From NCBI GenBank assembly GCA_964016885.1, contig OZ024755.1, positions 19,964,001 through 20,028,000 of the forward strand: a stretch of DNA of 64,000 nucleotides, read 5' to 3'. Numbering within the stretch: the first letter of the stretch is position 1; each line of letters starts with the position of its first letter. This DNA is from Eledone cirrhosa (Eukaryota). The translations under genes were made by a program, and so were the position numbers. Positions 12,690-27,857 of the stretch are shown piece after piece. The notes under the pieces are model-generated. The model worked only from the letters and a program-made list of their open reading frames with translations, had not been told where the DNA came from and did no database searches.

Positions 12690-13095
12690 CAAGATTTTTT
12701 TATAAATAATGACATACCATGGAAATCAACCATAACGGTCGGAAAATTCGCTGGATAGTGGAGACCTATTAGGGGTAATTCAAAATTATGTGTGAATATG
12801 CAAATGAATGTATGAAAAATTGTAAAAGACAACCGTTTATTTAAATTGCGCTAGTGAAAGATAGGGAAGAAAGATAAGAAAGAGAGAGAGAAAGAAAATA
12901 GAGAGTGAAAAAAAATTACTGTTATGAGAGAGATAGAGAGAAGAAATAAATTTATCAGAGGATGAACTCAAGTAAGGTAAATACGTCTTAAGTTTTTACC
13001 CCAGTAACTTGTTGAGTGCTCTATATCAGTTATAAACATTTATATTTGTCGGAATTCCAACAAATTAAATATAACTTCTACATATATATATATAG

Positions 13096-13151
<56 letters not shown>

Positions 13152-13153
<2 letters not shown>

Positions 13154-13325
13154 CAAAGAGTGTGTGGTAAGATATCAGGTGGTTCAAACCACAGAATATT
13201 TTATACTTAGGGTCGTAGAGTGGCTAATAGGAAAAGAGACAGGTCCCCGACGGCTGAGCTCCGGCCGTTTCGACATCTAGATCCGAACTAGGGGTTCGGA
13301 TCTAGCTGTCGAAACGGCCGAACCC
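13152..13325. mobile_element. (TA)n-flanked short element ending in a 59-bp palindrome (related copies at 22131-22313, 37423-37510, 54274-54340)
   Basis: The copies share GTGTGGTAAG..CAGGTGG and/or GACGGCTGAGCTC.GCCGTTTCGAC blocks. Palindrome at 13262-13320. Confidence 0.7.
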
Positions 13326-13330
13326 CCACC

Positions 13331-13376
<46 letters not shown>

Positions 13377-13377
13377 G

Positions 13378-13630
13378 GTAGAGTCGTTAGAACATCGGAT
13401 AGAATGCTTTGAGACATTCGATCCGGCTCTTTGATCTCTGAGTTCAAGTCCCACCGAGATCTACGTTGCCTTTCAGCCATTCGGAGTCGATTAAAAAAAA
13501 AGTACCAGTCTAGTACTGGGGTCGATTCTTCCTCTCTCTCTGGAAGAAATCTGCTCTACTCAGGCTTGGAGAAGGATGGGCTCCGCCAGGCTTAAAATGC
13601 CGTATGTCAATATCCCGGCCCTACGTCTAT
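13378..13630 (+). mobile_element. Long-tailed Nin-type SINE variant
   Basis: B box GAGTTCAAGTCC, GCCTTTCAGCCATTCGGAGTCGAT..AGTACCAG, and an extended tail shared with 30572-30870. Confidence 0.75.
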
Positions 13631-13648
13631 CAAGGGTTACAGGACCAC

Positions 13649-13712
<64 letters not shown>

Positions 13713-13865
13713 ATCTCATAAAATAATACAACTGGCTTTCCACAAAATACATATAGTTAGCACCCCAAACACTAAATTGGGATTATACTAACGTATATCC
13801 TAATGTTTGTTGAGTGAGATGGTTACCAGTCGGAGTTTAGCTTAAAGCTTTCTCTGTTATTGTAT

Positions 13866-13920
<55 letters not shown>

Positions 13921-14822
13921 TTAAAGACAACATAAGGCTGGACTTGAAATATCCTTTTACAGTTTTAATGTTGCTTTTAAAACTTATTTAAATAACTATT
14001 TAACTCCAGTCCTGCACCAGCCACAGGATATATCTACGATAGATGAGTTGCCTAACGTAGAGTACTTTTCTACTATTATATCATGATTTGCTAACCGGAA
14101 TGATCAGTTCTACCCTTTGGTAAGCTACACAACATAGATGTTGAGAGAGAGAGAGGCGCGCGCATGTATCTATAACGAAGATTTGATATAGAAAAGGCTT
14201 CTACAGGACTATAAATATTTCATTTTCTATATTAAATCTTCCTTCTCACTCGTGTATTGAGTACCGTATTTATTGTGGTTACACCCGATTCAACACACGC
14301 ACGCACACACAGACAACTATATACACACACATATATATATATACACACACACACACACATAGGAACAACAATACTGATGAAAACTACAAATTGTTGACAC
14401 CCCACATCAAATGTATATGTGTAATTAAAGTTTTAAAGACAATACAAATAAGAAAATACTCTATATTTATTAATGTTCTAAAAGGTGTGAATCACATTTT
14501 GTGACAAATGCTTCAATATTACAGCTATTTCTACATAAAATTGGAATAATTTATCACGAAATTGTCAGATTTAAGTCCCTACATTGGCTGCAGTAACCGA
14601 GTTCAAGGACGATAACCTCTGCAATTACTTAAAATCTGGTGGTGTGACATAAAATATTTAAATAAAACAATCAGCGCAACCCATTAATCTGTTTTATCAC
14701 GAATCATTATCTGTATACCCCCAAGGCAGTTAAACAGAGTTGCTTCCCTTACATTTGACAAGCAACCATCTAGTATCTACATAAATCTGTCTCCGTTGTT
14801 TATTACAATTCAACACCTCATA

Positions 14823-14861
<39 letters not shown>

Positions 14862-14877
14862 ACACATACACACACAT

Positions 14878-14942
<65 letters not shown>

Positions 14943-15189
14943 ATTTAGCATCACTTCATTTAGATATTTAGGTGTGATACACATTATATACTACTGAACA
15001 GTTATATCGATCGACAAACATTTTAACTAAAAGCTATGTAGAATAAGTAGGAGATGAATATTTAGTGAGGTGGAAAAGGAATGACGGTGGAAGACGACGA
15101 ACAAAACACCTCAAAGTACATCTAAAGATATTTCAAAAATATGTTTGAATATTTATACATGTATGTATTTCAGAGAGTGTTTCCTTCAT

Positions 15190-15208
15190 TCTGTACACAC
15201 ACACATAA

Positions 15209-15260
<52 letters not shown>

Positions 15261-15341
15261 ATACATACACACATAATATATATATATATATATATAAATA
15301 TATGTATATATATATGTGTGTGCGTGTATACATACACACAT

Positions 15342-15374
<33 letters not shown>

Positions 15375-15395
15375 GTATGTATGTATGTATGTATA

Positions 15396-15431
<36 letters not shown>

Positions 15432-15526
15432 TGTGTGTATGTATGTATGTATGTATGTATGTGTGTATATTTAAAGATATATATATATATTATGTGTGTA
15501 TGTATACACACACATATATATATATA

Positions 15527-15572
<46 letters not shown>

Positions 15573-16640
15573 TATATATATGCAAACACATACATACACA
15601 TATATATATACACATACATACATACACACATATATACACACACATATATACATACATCAAAAACAAATATATATATATATATATATACATACAAACACAA
15701 ACACAAATATATATATACATACAAACACAAATATATATATATATATATACATACAAACACAAATAAATATATATATATACATACATACATACATACAAAT
15801 ATATATATACATACATACATACATACAAACAAATATATATATATACATACATACAAACAAATATATATATACATACATACAAACAAATATATATATACAT
15901 ACATACAAACAAATATATATATATATACATACAAACAAATATATATATATATACATACAAACAAATATATATATACATACAAACAAATATATATATATAC
16001 ATACATACATACAAACAAATATATATATATATACATACAAACAAATATATATATATATACATACAAACAAATATATATATACATACAAACAAATATATAT
16101 ATACATACAAACAAATATATATATATACATACATACAAACAAATATATATATATACATACATACAAATATATATATATATATACATACATACATACATAC
16201 AAACAAATATATATATACATATATACAAACAAATATATATATATACATACATACAAACAAATATATATATATACATACATACAAACAAATATATATATAT
16301 ACATACAAACAAATATATATATATACATACAAACAAATATATATATATACATACAAACAAATATATATATATACATACATACAAACAAATATATATATAT
16401 ATATATACATACATACATACAAACAAATATATATATATACATACATACAAACAAATATATATATATATACATACATACAAACAAATATATATATATATAC
16501 ATACATACAAACAAATATATATATATATACATACATACATACAAATATATACATACATATATGCACACACACACACATAATATATACATACATATATGCA
16601 CACACACACACACAATATATATATATACATATATACATGG
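15190..16640. repeat. Compound satellite with an ACAAACAA(AT)n(ACAT)m higher-order unit
   Basis: Seen directly. Source of the 300-400 aa pseudo-ORFs. Confidence 0.97.
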
Positions 16641-17208
16641 GCGGGTGGTGTGCCCAATGCAGCTGAGAATGTATATATTAACTTATCTACGTGTGTGTAC
16701 TGTTTATGTACTTCATAAATTTGACACTGGAAAGTAGAAATGGGTTCCCGCGAAACAAAACTTTCGTTTTGAATATCAAGTTAAAAATATTATTATAGTA
16801 ACTGTTCTAAATTATTTTAACAATAGAGAGTGTTACACTAGACACACATCCCGTTTCTCCTCTAATCAGAGCCTCACGTATCATATCTCTGTATGAAACA
16901 GATGTTTAATAGAGTTGTTGCTACTGAGATGAGCGTGGCAGTCTCAATTCTGAGTTGATGCCCCTTCATTTCAATTATATACTTTTATGTGTATCGGAAA
17001 CGGATCGATATGCTATTAATTGTTTGGACAAGTTACAGCTACACACCATTAAAATAATTACATTTCTCTCATTTAAAAAAATGTAACGTCTTATAAAATT
17101 AATAGAGAACGAATCCCGTCCATATATTGATCGTTTCTTTTCTTTTCTTCTCACACAGTGATAGATAGGTTCTCTCCCATGTATGTAATTTTATGAATCA
17201 TTAGATTA

Positions 17209-18018
17209 TCCCGCCGAGGTTAGCTTTGCCGTTCATTCTAAAGTACCAGTAATGCACTGCGGTTGATTTAATCGATTTTCTCCTCTTCCCAAATTGTTGG
17301 CATTGTGCCTGTAGTCGGAATCATTATTTAGCTCAATGTAGGGCTGCTGAATTATAGAATTATTACAACATACGATTAAATCCCTTACACTGTTTACATT
17401 ATGCTTTAATATTTGTTTCTACTTTTGGCACAAGGTCAGCAATTACCCAATGCATTACTGGTACTTTATTTTATCGAACCCGTAATGATGAAAGGCAAAC
17501 TTAATCTCGGCAGAATATTATTAGTTTAAATGATGGCAGATTTCAAATGTTATAGTCCAGAGAATAAATATTAGTATTAACGAATTGGTGCTGTCATTTA
17601 TGATTTTTTAAACAATATCTATTTCGAAATCCCAGCTATTAAAATTTAGATTCCTGCTTGGTCATAAGAAATCAATAAACGTCAACAGAACTTAAAACAC
17701 TCAGGATTGGCCGTATGACTATCAATCTGTTTATCGAAGTTGCAATGAATTTCAGTGATACTCGAAATCGCTAAAATCTTAATCACATCGTGTCAGCTTT
17801 CGCAACTACGTGACAGAACGATTCTCTTGTTTTCAATGAAAACTGTAAACAAGACAAGCGTTATTTTAAATGCTATTCATTAACACAGTAATTTCCACAA
17901 AGGTTGAGAGAAGTATTGTACAACAGCATTATCATAAGTCTTACCGAGTCGATAAAATAAAGTACCAGTAATGCACTTGGTATTTGCTGGCCTTGTGCCT
18001 AAAATAGAAACAATTATC
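17209..18018. mobile_element. Three partial Nin-type SINE fragments (about 17209-17330 +, 17412-17513 -, 17945-18018 +)
   Basis: Each fragment contains AAAGTACCAGTAATGCA or its complement. Confidence 0.75.
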
Positions 18019-18583
18019 ATAAGTCTAATTTGAGCTTTTTTTGGTGGGAAACTTAATTTTTGCACTTTTTACCATGATATATTAATGAGTGATTTTACGT
18101 CTTAATATTATTTTGTGTTGAATACAGAAACATTTTGATAAACTCTGAAGACACCTCTATCGAATACGAATCGAGAGTTACTAAACAAAATAAGTATACG
18201 TGGCTCAATACAGGTAGAAATAATTGTTAGTGTACACTAAACAATTCAGTCACTAGTGATTGCATTGCTTTGTGTATATATAATCGAATTTCACAATAGC
18301 CATTCAACTATTGACGATATCGATTTCAAGACAATTGCTTAATAGGCGATGAAACATATGTTAATGTTTGGAATAAAACACTATTAATTGTTTATCCGTG
18401 TTAATCATCATTTTACCCGTTATTAATACTCCAAGATCTACTAATCATGGAACTTACAGAAATCTACCCTCCGATAGACGTAACTAAGTAAACATCTTGT
18501 TGAGTCAACGCTGAAATATTCCTCGCTACAGATTACTCGTAACCTGAGCTTAGGTAACCTTAAACGATATCTTGTTTACTTTC

Positions 18584-18622
<39 letters not shown>

Positions 18623-18842
18623 AGAGAGAGAGAGAGATAGAGTGGGAGAGAGAGAGATAGAGAGTGGGAGATAGAGAGAGAGAGAGAGAATTAGCATTGA
18701 TCAATTCTATGTATACACTTTTTGTAATATCTGATTAGCAATTGACATTCTTGTCATACCTCTTGTGTTATTGATGACAACATATAATTACAACATTAAA
18801 GTTGATATACAATTTACTATAAATTAACTCTCCACAATGAAT

Positions 18843-19190
18843 AATGGTTTCTGATTTAGGCACAAGGCCAACAATTAGCGGGAAGGGGGAAGTCGAATAC
18901 ATCGCCCCCTCTGAGGTACAATTCCAAACAAGGTTGTTTGTGGAAAACCAGCTATCTCCCACACATACCAGTCTCCACGCCACGCCACGCCACCGATGTT
19001 GCCGAAGGAAAGATAATGACCGATGCAGCTTGGCACCAAAGACGTCACAATTCATTTTTACAACTGAATGAAATGGAGCAACGTGAAATAAAGTGTCTTG
19101 CTCAAGAACACAACATACAGTCCAATCCGGGAATCGAACACACAATCTTACGATTATAAGCCCAACGCTCTAACCCTCAAGTCATGCACT
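18843..19190 (-). mobile_element. CORE-like SINE, with a Nin-SINE tail fragment at its left end
   Basis: GGAGCAACGTGAAATAAAGTGTCTTGCTCAAGAACAC and the B-box complement GGAATCGAAC. GGCACAAGGCC lies at 18859. Confidence 0.7.
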
Positions 19191-20329
19191 GTGAAGGCGA
19201 GTTGAAATTTATAACTTTATTCCAATTAACTGACCTGTTTGTAAAGCTAACGACATGAAGCTTATGGCAAACTTGCTTCTTTCATATAAATGGCTTGTTT
19301 TATCTTGGAAACGAACTGATGATGTATATTTAGAGAACCAGAGAACCATATTATGGGAATCTATAGGAATCTTGTTTAATCAGAGGTTAGAGTCGTTATA
19401 CTCGAGCTGAGCAGAGGGGTGAGCACTAGCTGGCCTACAAAATAGCTCAAATAGGTTTTATTTATCACCACTACAGGTCAAACTCCTTCCCATGCTTCCC
19501 CGTCGTGGTACTGGCTTCACTAAATTGGGTTGAATGTGAAAACCAGAGTTCAGCGCTTTAATTGATGCAATGCTTGGACTGCACTATCCTAAAATGCATA
19601 CACTTGCGGCTGGGCACCGCTTGTGAAACCAATCACCCGAACTTATACCGTGCATTCCTTCGATGGAGCCGGCTCAACCCTCTACAGGTAAATGCCGCCA
19701 CAAGTATAAGTAAGTAAGTAGGAATAGTTTTTGAAAACATTAAATATATTGCAATATATTTAATATTTTCTCAAGCCATCAATTATCAAGCATAATCACT
19801 GCTTATTCAGAAATAGAAAAACACAATACAATGAAGATTAATCTTATTTACAAATTTCTAACCAAATTACATAAGTTCAAATTTATATAAGAATTTATCA
19901 CTAATATATATGTGACAGAATACAATTCTACATTATCAAATAACCACTGAATACGTCGATTAATCCATTTAACATAACGTTCTTTGTCAAACACCATTTC
20001 GTAAGAAATGTAGTATGAAAAAATATAAGATCATCTCTAAATACTAAGCCAAAAAAATAGTAAGCCAAAAAAATAGTAAGCCAAAAAATATACTAATAAA
20101 ATCACTCAAGATTCTGTTCAAGATTTTCAGAAACACACACTCACTATATATATATATGTAAGTATGCATATAAAATGTTGTTTTCATGCATACACACACA
20201 AACAAACTATATATATATGCATATACAATTTAGTTTTTATATGTGTGTATATAAAAATATACACAAAAAAAACAACTATATATATATATATATAAATGTA
20301 AGTATGCATATAAAATGTGTGTTTTTATG

Positions 20330-20376
<47 letters not shown>

Positions 20377-20804
20377 ACGAATATCTATACATATATTTTT
20401 ATATATACACACACACAGATATATATATATATAGATATATATATACACCCGCCCTGAAATACCGTTTTAGTTTAAGTGCTGAAAGTAAAAGCATATTAAC
20501 AAAAAACCTTTTTCTGCGGCATATTTTCGTTACAAATGTAAAAGAGACATCTTAACAAAAGAAGAAAACTAAAACTAAAAACACTTTTACTGTGCTATAT
20601 TTGAAGCAAAACAAAATAAAGCAATGATGGTACAGTGGAAATAGAAGAAGAAAAAAAAAGCCAAGATGTTTATCAATATTCATATCCTGTTGATTATATA
20701 TATTTTATTGTACACCAAAAACTACATGTGGTACTGAAATGTCTATTTCATAGAATTACAAAAGTTCACAAAACATTCCTGAACCTCTCGATCAAAATGT
20801 AAGG

Positions 20805-21070
20805 AGAGAGAGAGAGAGAGAACGAGAAAGAGCGCGAGAGAGAGCGAGAGAGACCGCAAGAGAGCGAGAGAGACCGCAAGAGAGCGAGAGAGAGAGCAAG
20901 AGAGAGAGAGAGCAAGAGAGAGAGAGCAAGAGAGCGCGAGAGAGCGAGAGAGAGAGAGATAGAGAGAGCGAGAGATAGATAGAGATAGATAGATAGATAG
21001 ATAGAGATAGATAGAGATAGATAGAGAGAGAGCGCGAGCAAGGGAGAGTGAGCGAGCGAGGGCGCACGGG
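20805..21070. repeat. (GA)n-derived purine-rich compound repeat
   Basis: GAGA/GAGC/GATA mosaic. Confidence 0.9.
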
Positions 21071-21656
21071 AGAATAATGAAGACAAAAAAAAAACGAAAA
21101 GATAAACGAAAAGATAAACGAAAAGATAAAAGAATGAATATGCTCCAAAAGATTTCATCGTCCGATCAATAACAGTAATATGATACTATGATACATTGCC
21201 TCTGTTGTATGTCAAGTGTAATTTCAAAGATGGTTTTTATGAAAAGGTAACCCTAAGAAGCTGGAACATTCCATTATACTGTGCTCGTATGAGTGTCCGT
21301 GTTTAGATGTCTACTACTTTAGAATTTCTATCTAATGTTCAATTCGATTTGACTAAGCACGAACTTCGTTTGTATATATGAGGAATATTAACATTTGCAA
21401 TGTTTCTATTATCATTTCGGTTCTTATGTGATTGGCCTCAGACTCAGGAATATCACGACTGAAGTCTATATTATATAACGTTTTCGCATCATGTAAACCG
21501 AGAAGAACACATGCTCAATGCATGTTTCAATGCAGAGTTGGTGTATATCTATATATGTGTACACACACAAATTGAAGTTAAGTAAAATCGAAGTTTCGAC
21601 AGTAGCCAAGCTAACGAAATAAAATCAGGAATTATGCACTCAAGCAATCGTTGAGC

Positions 21657-22024
21657 TGTGCTCAGAGTAATAACTGTTTCTACTTTAGGCACAAGGCCAG
21701 CAATTACCCAGTGTATTACTGGTACTTTATTTTATCGACCCCGTAAGGATGAAAGGCAAAGTCAACCTCGGCGGGATTTGAACTCAGATCGTAAAGGGAC
21801 GTAACTATGCTGGAAAGCATGGCGTCCGACTCTCTACCGATACTGCCAATCCACAGCCCTGTGTTCAGAGTAATAACTGTTTCTACTTTAGGCACAAGGC
21901 CAGCAATTACCCAGTGCATTACTGGTACTTTATTTTTATCGACCGCGTAAGGATGAAAGGCAAATTCAACCTCGGCGGGTTGACTTTGCCTTTCATCCTT
22001 ACGGGGGGTGCTCAGAGTAATAAC
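21657..22024 (-). mobile_element. Compound Nin-SINE insertion: full copy, truncated copy and inverted stub, with the target sequence present three times
   Basis: GTG(C/T)TCAGAGTAATAAC at about 21658, 21861 and 22008 separates the pieces. Confidence 0.9.
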
Positions 22025-22309
22025 ATACGTTAGATAGCAGGACAAATTGAAAACTGTGGCAGGCAAGCCTAGTCACAACACCGAAGCAACGAATCTCTCT
22101 CCCCCTCTCTCTCTCTCTATATATATATATAACAGAATGTGTGGTAAGATACTAGGTGGATCTTAACGCATCAGAATACACACTACGTTGGGTAGTGGAC
22201 TGGGTAATGGGAAAAGCGTCAGGACCCCAGTATTAGAACGGCGGGAATCTAGTTAGTTCAGATCTAGCTGTCGAAATGGCCGGAGCTCAGCCGTCAGGGT
22301 CCCGACTGT

Positions 22310-22348
<39 letters not shown>

Positions 22349-22852
22349 CAAAGATTAATATGGTTCATTGATTACTCAATGAATACAGTTTTACAATAGA
22401 TTAAAAGCACTCTACAGCGCATTTTCCTGGAGTTTTTATTATTAAAAATATTAACAAATGAAGATATTCACAATCAAAATATATGCTTTAAAATATATAT
22501 CTCGATGGTACTGTGTTGTTTTCTCAGTACGCCCTCGTCAGATAAAATATATGACATACCTCTACGGTCTTGATATTTCAATTCCAGTATTGGCAGTGAT
22601 TTATTTCATCAAATCTCAACATTTATATACCACAAATAATAACATGATAAACATAAAGAAGAAAAGGACGTGGAGCGCATTAGAGATATAAGAGAGGGTG
22701 TAAAGAGGAGGAAGGCAAGAAAAGAAAGAAAGAAAGAAAGAAAAAATATATACATATACTGTAGTAAAATTCTGGTAGAAATATCCAAGAGTAAGAGGAC
22801 TCAGTCTTATGACAACGAAACTTAAGTACCTGTTTACGTCACTGTTGTAATT

Positions 22853-23231
22853 GTGTGTTTGCGTGTGTGTGTTTGCGTGTGTGTGTTTGAGTGTGTGTGT
22901 TTGAGTGTGTGTGTTTGAGTGTGTGTGTTTGAGTGTGTGTGTTTGAGTGTGTGTGTTTGAGTGTGTGTGTTTGAGTGTGTGTGTTTGAGTGTGTGTGTTT
23001 GAGTGTGTGTGTTTGAGTGTGTGTGTTTGAGTGTGTGTGTTTGAGTGTGTTCGTTTGAGTGTGTTCGTTTGAGTGTGTTCGTTTGAGTGTGTTCGTTTGA
23101 GTGTGTTCGTTTGAGTGTGTTCGTTTGAGTGTGTTCGTTTGAGTGTGTTCGTTTGCGTGTGTGTGTTTGCGTGTGTGTGTTTGCGTGTGTGTGTTTGCGT
23201 GTGTGTGTTTGCGTGTGTGTGTTTGCGTGTG
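22853..23231. repeat. 14-bp minisatellite in homogeneous variant blocks
   Basis: Blocks of TTTGCGTGTGTGTG, TTTGAGTGTGTGTG and TTTGAGTGTGTTCG. Confidence 0.93.
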
Positions 23232-24039
23232 TTAGTGTAATGGTACAATAGGGTTAGTGTAATGGTACAAGACCCGTAGATTTACGAGCAAAAACTGTTT
23301 CTTTACCAAACGGCAAAAACCAAAGATTTGTTGATCTTGCACGAAAACACATACACACATACACGCACACATACATACAGTTCAAGAAATAACAAATCAA
23401 ACAGATGAAAAACAGTCTTATTAGTTGGTGTGTATGTAAATGCGCGCGTTCGTTTATATATATAGTAAGTTAGGATTTTTTGTTTATTTCAATAAAGAAA
23501 TTCCTTGTTTTTGGCGCAGTGGGGCATAAAATTGACTCATGTATAGGCTCTACCAGGCATGATATAATTTCCAGCTAAATTGTTAATAGATGGTGAAATG
23601 GGACAATGTTTGACCAACAAGCGGTTACATGTTTTCAGATCGCTATATGGTTATAAATATATGATTGACTGACGTTGAATGTCTGGATAGGTCTTTCCAA
23701 ACAGTATGAATATTTATTGTCTTGGGCTGGCAGATCGGAAATTAGATTGTTAGATCGCTGGGTAAAACTGATGTTTCATGTCCCAGATCATGAGTTAATT
23801 ATTAGACCTACACTACTGCGTTTTAGCTAATATCAATAATTCATTTCATCAAAGATATTCTCATTAAGTCACCATTTTCTCATAAGTACCCTACATACTA
23901 GAAAAGATGCAATGGTTCACCTCATTTCAAAATCCATTTGAAAACACAGAAGTTTTGAAATAAAATCAAAGGAACAATCTCTTGTTCTGCAGCCTGCTGC
24001 ACTGATATTCGAGTCCTACTACTACTACTAGAGACCACA

Positions 24040-24335
24040 AAGGGTATTCGGCTCATAATCGTAAGGTCGTGGGTTCGATTTCCGGCGGTGCGTTGTGTCC
24101 TTGATCAAGAGACACTTTATTTCACGTTGCTCCAGTCCACTCTGCTGGCAAAAATGTGTTGTACCTGTAATTCGAAGTATCCAGCCTTGTCACATTGTGA
24201 GTCGCGCTGAATCTCCCCGAGAACTACGTTAAGTGTGTGGAATGCTCAGCCACTTGCACGTTAATTTCCTGAGCAGGTTGTTCCGTTGATTGGACCAACT
24301 GGAACACTCATCGTCTTAACTGACGGAGTGCCAGT
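24040..24335 (+). mobile_element. tRNA-derived CORE-like SINE (tail type A)
   Basis: GGGTTCGATTTCC B box, followed by GTGTCCTTGATCAAGAGACACTTTATTTCACGTTGCTCCAGTCCACTC, which resembles the CORE domain. Confidence 0.8.
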
Positions 24336-24685
24336 CAGTCACTACAACAGAATTAAGTATATTGGGACTTTCAGAGTTATTCTCGGGGCATTGGTTTGAA
24401 TGATCTAAAGACAAACACGAACACCTTACAATTTGTTTGATACGATGATTTCCTACAACATTCGATAGTTTAAGGCATATAGGGTTGACTATATGTATTT
24501 GTATATAGATCAGTAACTCCCTGTAAAGTTGTAGGTTGCATAGTTACTTAGGCAATTTAAACCCGACGGAGTTCAACCCTCTCCAGGTCTGAACACACCC
24601 GAATTTCTTTCAAGAGAAAAAAATTTGAGAAAAAGGGAAAGAAAGGGAGAGAAAGAGAGAGAGGACGTGAGAAAAGGATTCGGAA

Positions 24686-24842
24686 ACCAAATCAACCTCA
24701 GAACTAGTCTGGTACTTTGTCGCCCTCGAAAGGATCAAAACTTGATCTTAGTGGGATTTGAACTAAGATTGCAAGAGCCAGATGGAAGACCACAAAGCAT
24801 TTTATATGACATTAACTAACAGCTCTGCCAATTCGCCGCCTA
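24686..24842 (-). mobile_element. Old Nin-type SINE
   Basis: CTGGTACTTT...GGGATTTGAACT...CTGCCAATTCGCCGCC. Confidence 0.65.
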
Positions 24843-26801
24843 CTGAGCTGGAATGAGAGGACATCTGTTGATAAATCTGGCAGTTGCATGAATGAATGGA
24901 AATAGCATATAACGGGGGTTGGGGTGAATAAGATTTTTAAGTAGCTAGCTTGCGTTCCTTTAACTCAAAGTCGCCTGATTTAGTAAACATACGATCAAAG
25001 GTGTAAATCGGACTGTATTGGAAAATGTTTTGAGTTTTTTTTTTTTTTTTTTTTTTTTCAAAATAAGATACGCTCTGTTTAAGTGGCGTTTGTCTGCTAT
25101 TTCTTACAAGAGTCGACACCGAGACACCTTTGAATAATATTCGATTGATTGTTATCAACAGATGGTATGACCGTAGAATATATTCAACATATGTACGGCA
25201 TTTTTCTGTGAACAACAAACCACAGTATATTTGACTCTGTAGCTGAATTACTTAGATGTTTTCTCCTCAACTTTAGATCAGGCATCAAGACATATTCACT
25301 TGTAAGAATTCTACTAATTGTTTTCAACTCCCATACATCCATAATTATGGTACACATTGGTTTAAACCGCGTCAAATCATTTTTTATGAAGGGGTGAAAT
25401 ATACTCTATCATTAAAAGCGCACAGAGAAGGAGAGTGAGAGAGAAAGAGAGAGTGAAGGAGAGTGAGAGAGAAAGAGAGAGTGAGGGAGAGAGAGTGTGA
25501 CTGAGGGAGGGTGAGAGAGAGAAGGAGACTGAGTCACAACCATTTCTATATTATGTTACTACATGTAGCCGTTTGAGATTGTATATATTTATATATATAT
25601 ATATATATATACTGTATGTATATATCGAGCCTATACCTTCCATAGGTGACATTGAGCCACTCATCTCCGAACCGCGCGTAATAGTTTGATACACAAAAAC
25701 ATGTAAAGAAAACATCTTTTTTCCTTTACACACACATTATATATATATAATATATATATATATATATACACACATACAAACATATGCGAGTGTTCACATA
25801 TACACTTCTATTCCTTTTCCCCTTCAACAGTAAACGTCTTTATAATTCTAATCTAAAACATCAAAAGTATTCACTAAGGTTTTTTCCTTTTTTTTCCTCT
25901 AACAAAACTAAACTTATCTGTGCAATGCAGCAAGGGATCAATAATTTTGATCGAGGAATAGAAGTTATCGTTCAACAACGTATGTTTTTGTTATTTCCAG
26001 TCACTCTTAGGACTCTCTCTAGATCGATTAAAAACATCTTGGCAATATTTTCTTGTATTCCACTAAACAAGAAATCAAAACATTTGATATCCAATTTAAG
26101 ATTTTTTCAACAAAAATTACAGTGAGACAAACAACCAAATAAGAAACGAGAGCGATTAATCTTGAAACATTCAACTTTCTTTATGCTTAACAGAAATAAC
26201 GGCGGAAATACTGTTTATTAGCATTATTGATTTTTATTGTTATAGTTCGTTTCTCCATAATTGAACAAATATGATAGGTTTTTACTTGAAATAATATAGA
26301 AGTGAGTAAGTTCAGATAAGGAGATTAGGTCAGTGAGACTGGTATATGTTTTTTCATGTTCTGCATTAGGCACGTCAGATGATAACGAAGATAGATGTTT
26401 CTGAATAGTGAGAAAGTAATCAACGTGACAGATAGCAATATGTTTTGTTATCTAAGTATCATACATTACACTTCTGCTAGGACATAGGAATTAAAATTTT
26501 CAGTATACTGTACTAAAAAAATGTTGCTTTGGGAAATAAACTTAACTTTACCTGAGTAAAAAACCACCATCTTGGTTATATAAATTAAAATACGTTGAAT
26601 TTTTGTTCTCTTTTAAATATAAAAGACAAAATTTGAGCCTGGTAGTATTTATAGATAAAATAACTAAACCCATCAATATCTATGGATGGTTTCCCAATAA
26701 TTTAATCTAAAATATATGCTAAAGCCATAATACCCAGTTCCCACGCTTTTCAATTTCTGTTTAGAATATAGTAAGCTGACAGATCATATAATAGATAAGA
26801 T

Positions 26802-27275
26802 ATGTTTCTTTTATTTGCAACCAGGGTCAGTAGAAAGGGGGGAGTTTACACAAAAAGGCGTCCTCAATAAGGAGGAGGCAATAACAATGTATAAAAATAA
26901 AATAAAATATAACAAAAAATAAAATTTATAACAAAATCCTCAATAGAGAGGAGGCGCCTTGGGGGGTCGCACACACCCCCGAAAAAAGTGTGCAACCCTT
27001 TTCCTCAGGAGCACAGAGAGGGGGTGCTCCCTCGTTCCTTCCTCTTTTCCACCTACAGGCTTATGTAAAGAGAAGGCCCATTCACACGGGCCATTCTCGC
27101 CACTTTCACCCACCTTTCATAAAAACGACTGGGGTGGAGCACCTCTCTCTCCATCCTGATCCTTCTTCCGAAATGATATCGGAAGAAACGGACCAGTTGT
27201 TGGCCAGAGAGAAAGGTGCCTGACCTCAGTCCTTTCAGACGCGTCCACCATATAACTTCTTTCACCATGGCTATT
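26802..27275 (-). mobile_element. Tx1/L1-like LINE 3' end (ORF2 C-terminus plus 3' UTR)
   Basis: ORF 27053-27268 (VKEVIWWTR...RIRMERE...FYERW) resembles L1/Tx1 ORF2 termini. The 3' UTR ends in AATAAA on the minus strand near 26810. Confidence 0.6.
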
Positions 27276-27813
27276 ATAATAGATAAGACAGGAGGCAGAT
27301 CAGATCGTATAAATTATTACATTTCTGCGGCCTACATGTCTGTCGACTGGTATCAGCAAGATCAGGGAATAAGTTAACTAAGGTAAAACAGCCAGTGCAT
27401 TCTGTGATTATATATTTAAGCAATTGACTGAAGAATGAAACAGCGGTACTCTATGTATATATCATATTTATGTAAAGAATGGTGTGCTCATGCGCGATGT
27501 CATAGAATAGTTCTATAAAATAGGGAGAATACCCTTAAAGACAAACAAAAGTTGTCGTCGAAGAAAGATATATTCATAGGAGACTAGGTAGAAAATATAT
27601 ACATGCATACAAACATATGTATTATATACAAAAAAGTATGCAAAATTATATAATCAGGTTCGGTGAAATCACATAAATTAGAGATACACTTATATACGAG
27701 AAATCATAGATAATACAAATAGCCCTTTATATGAGAATAGAGAGTAAAATAGAGAGGTTGGGAATACTCTGAGCTGACCGACCGGTTAAATTGGAGTATC
27801 AGAGAAATTTATA

Positions 27814-27850
<37 letters not shown>

Positions 27851-27857
<7 letters not shown>

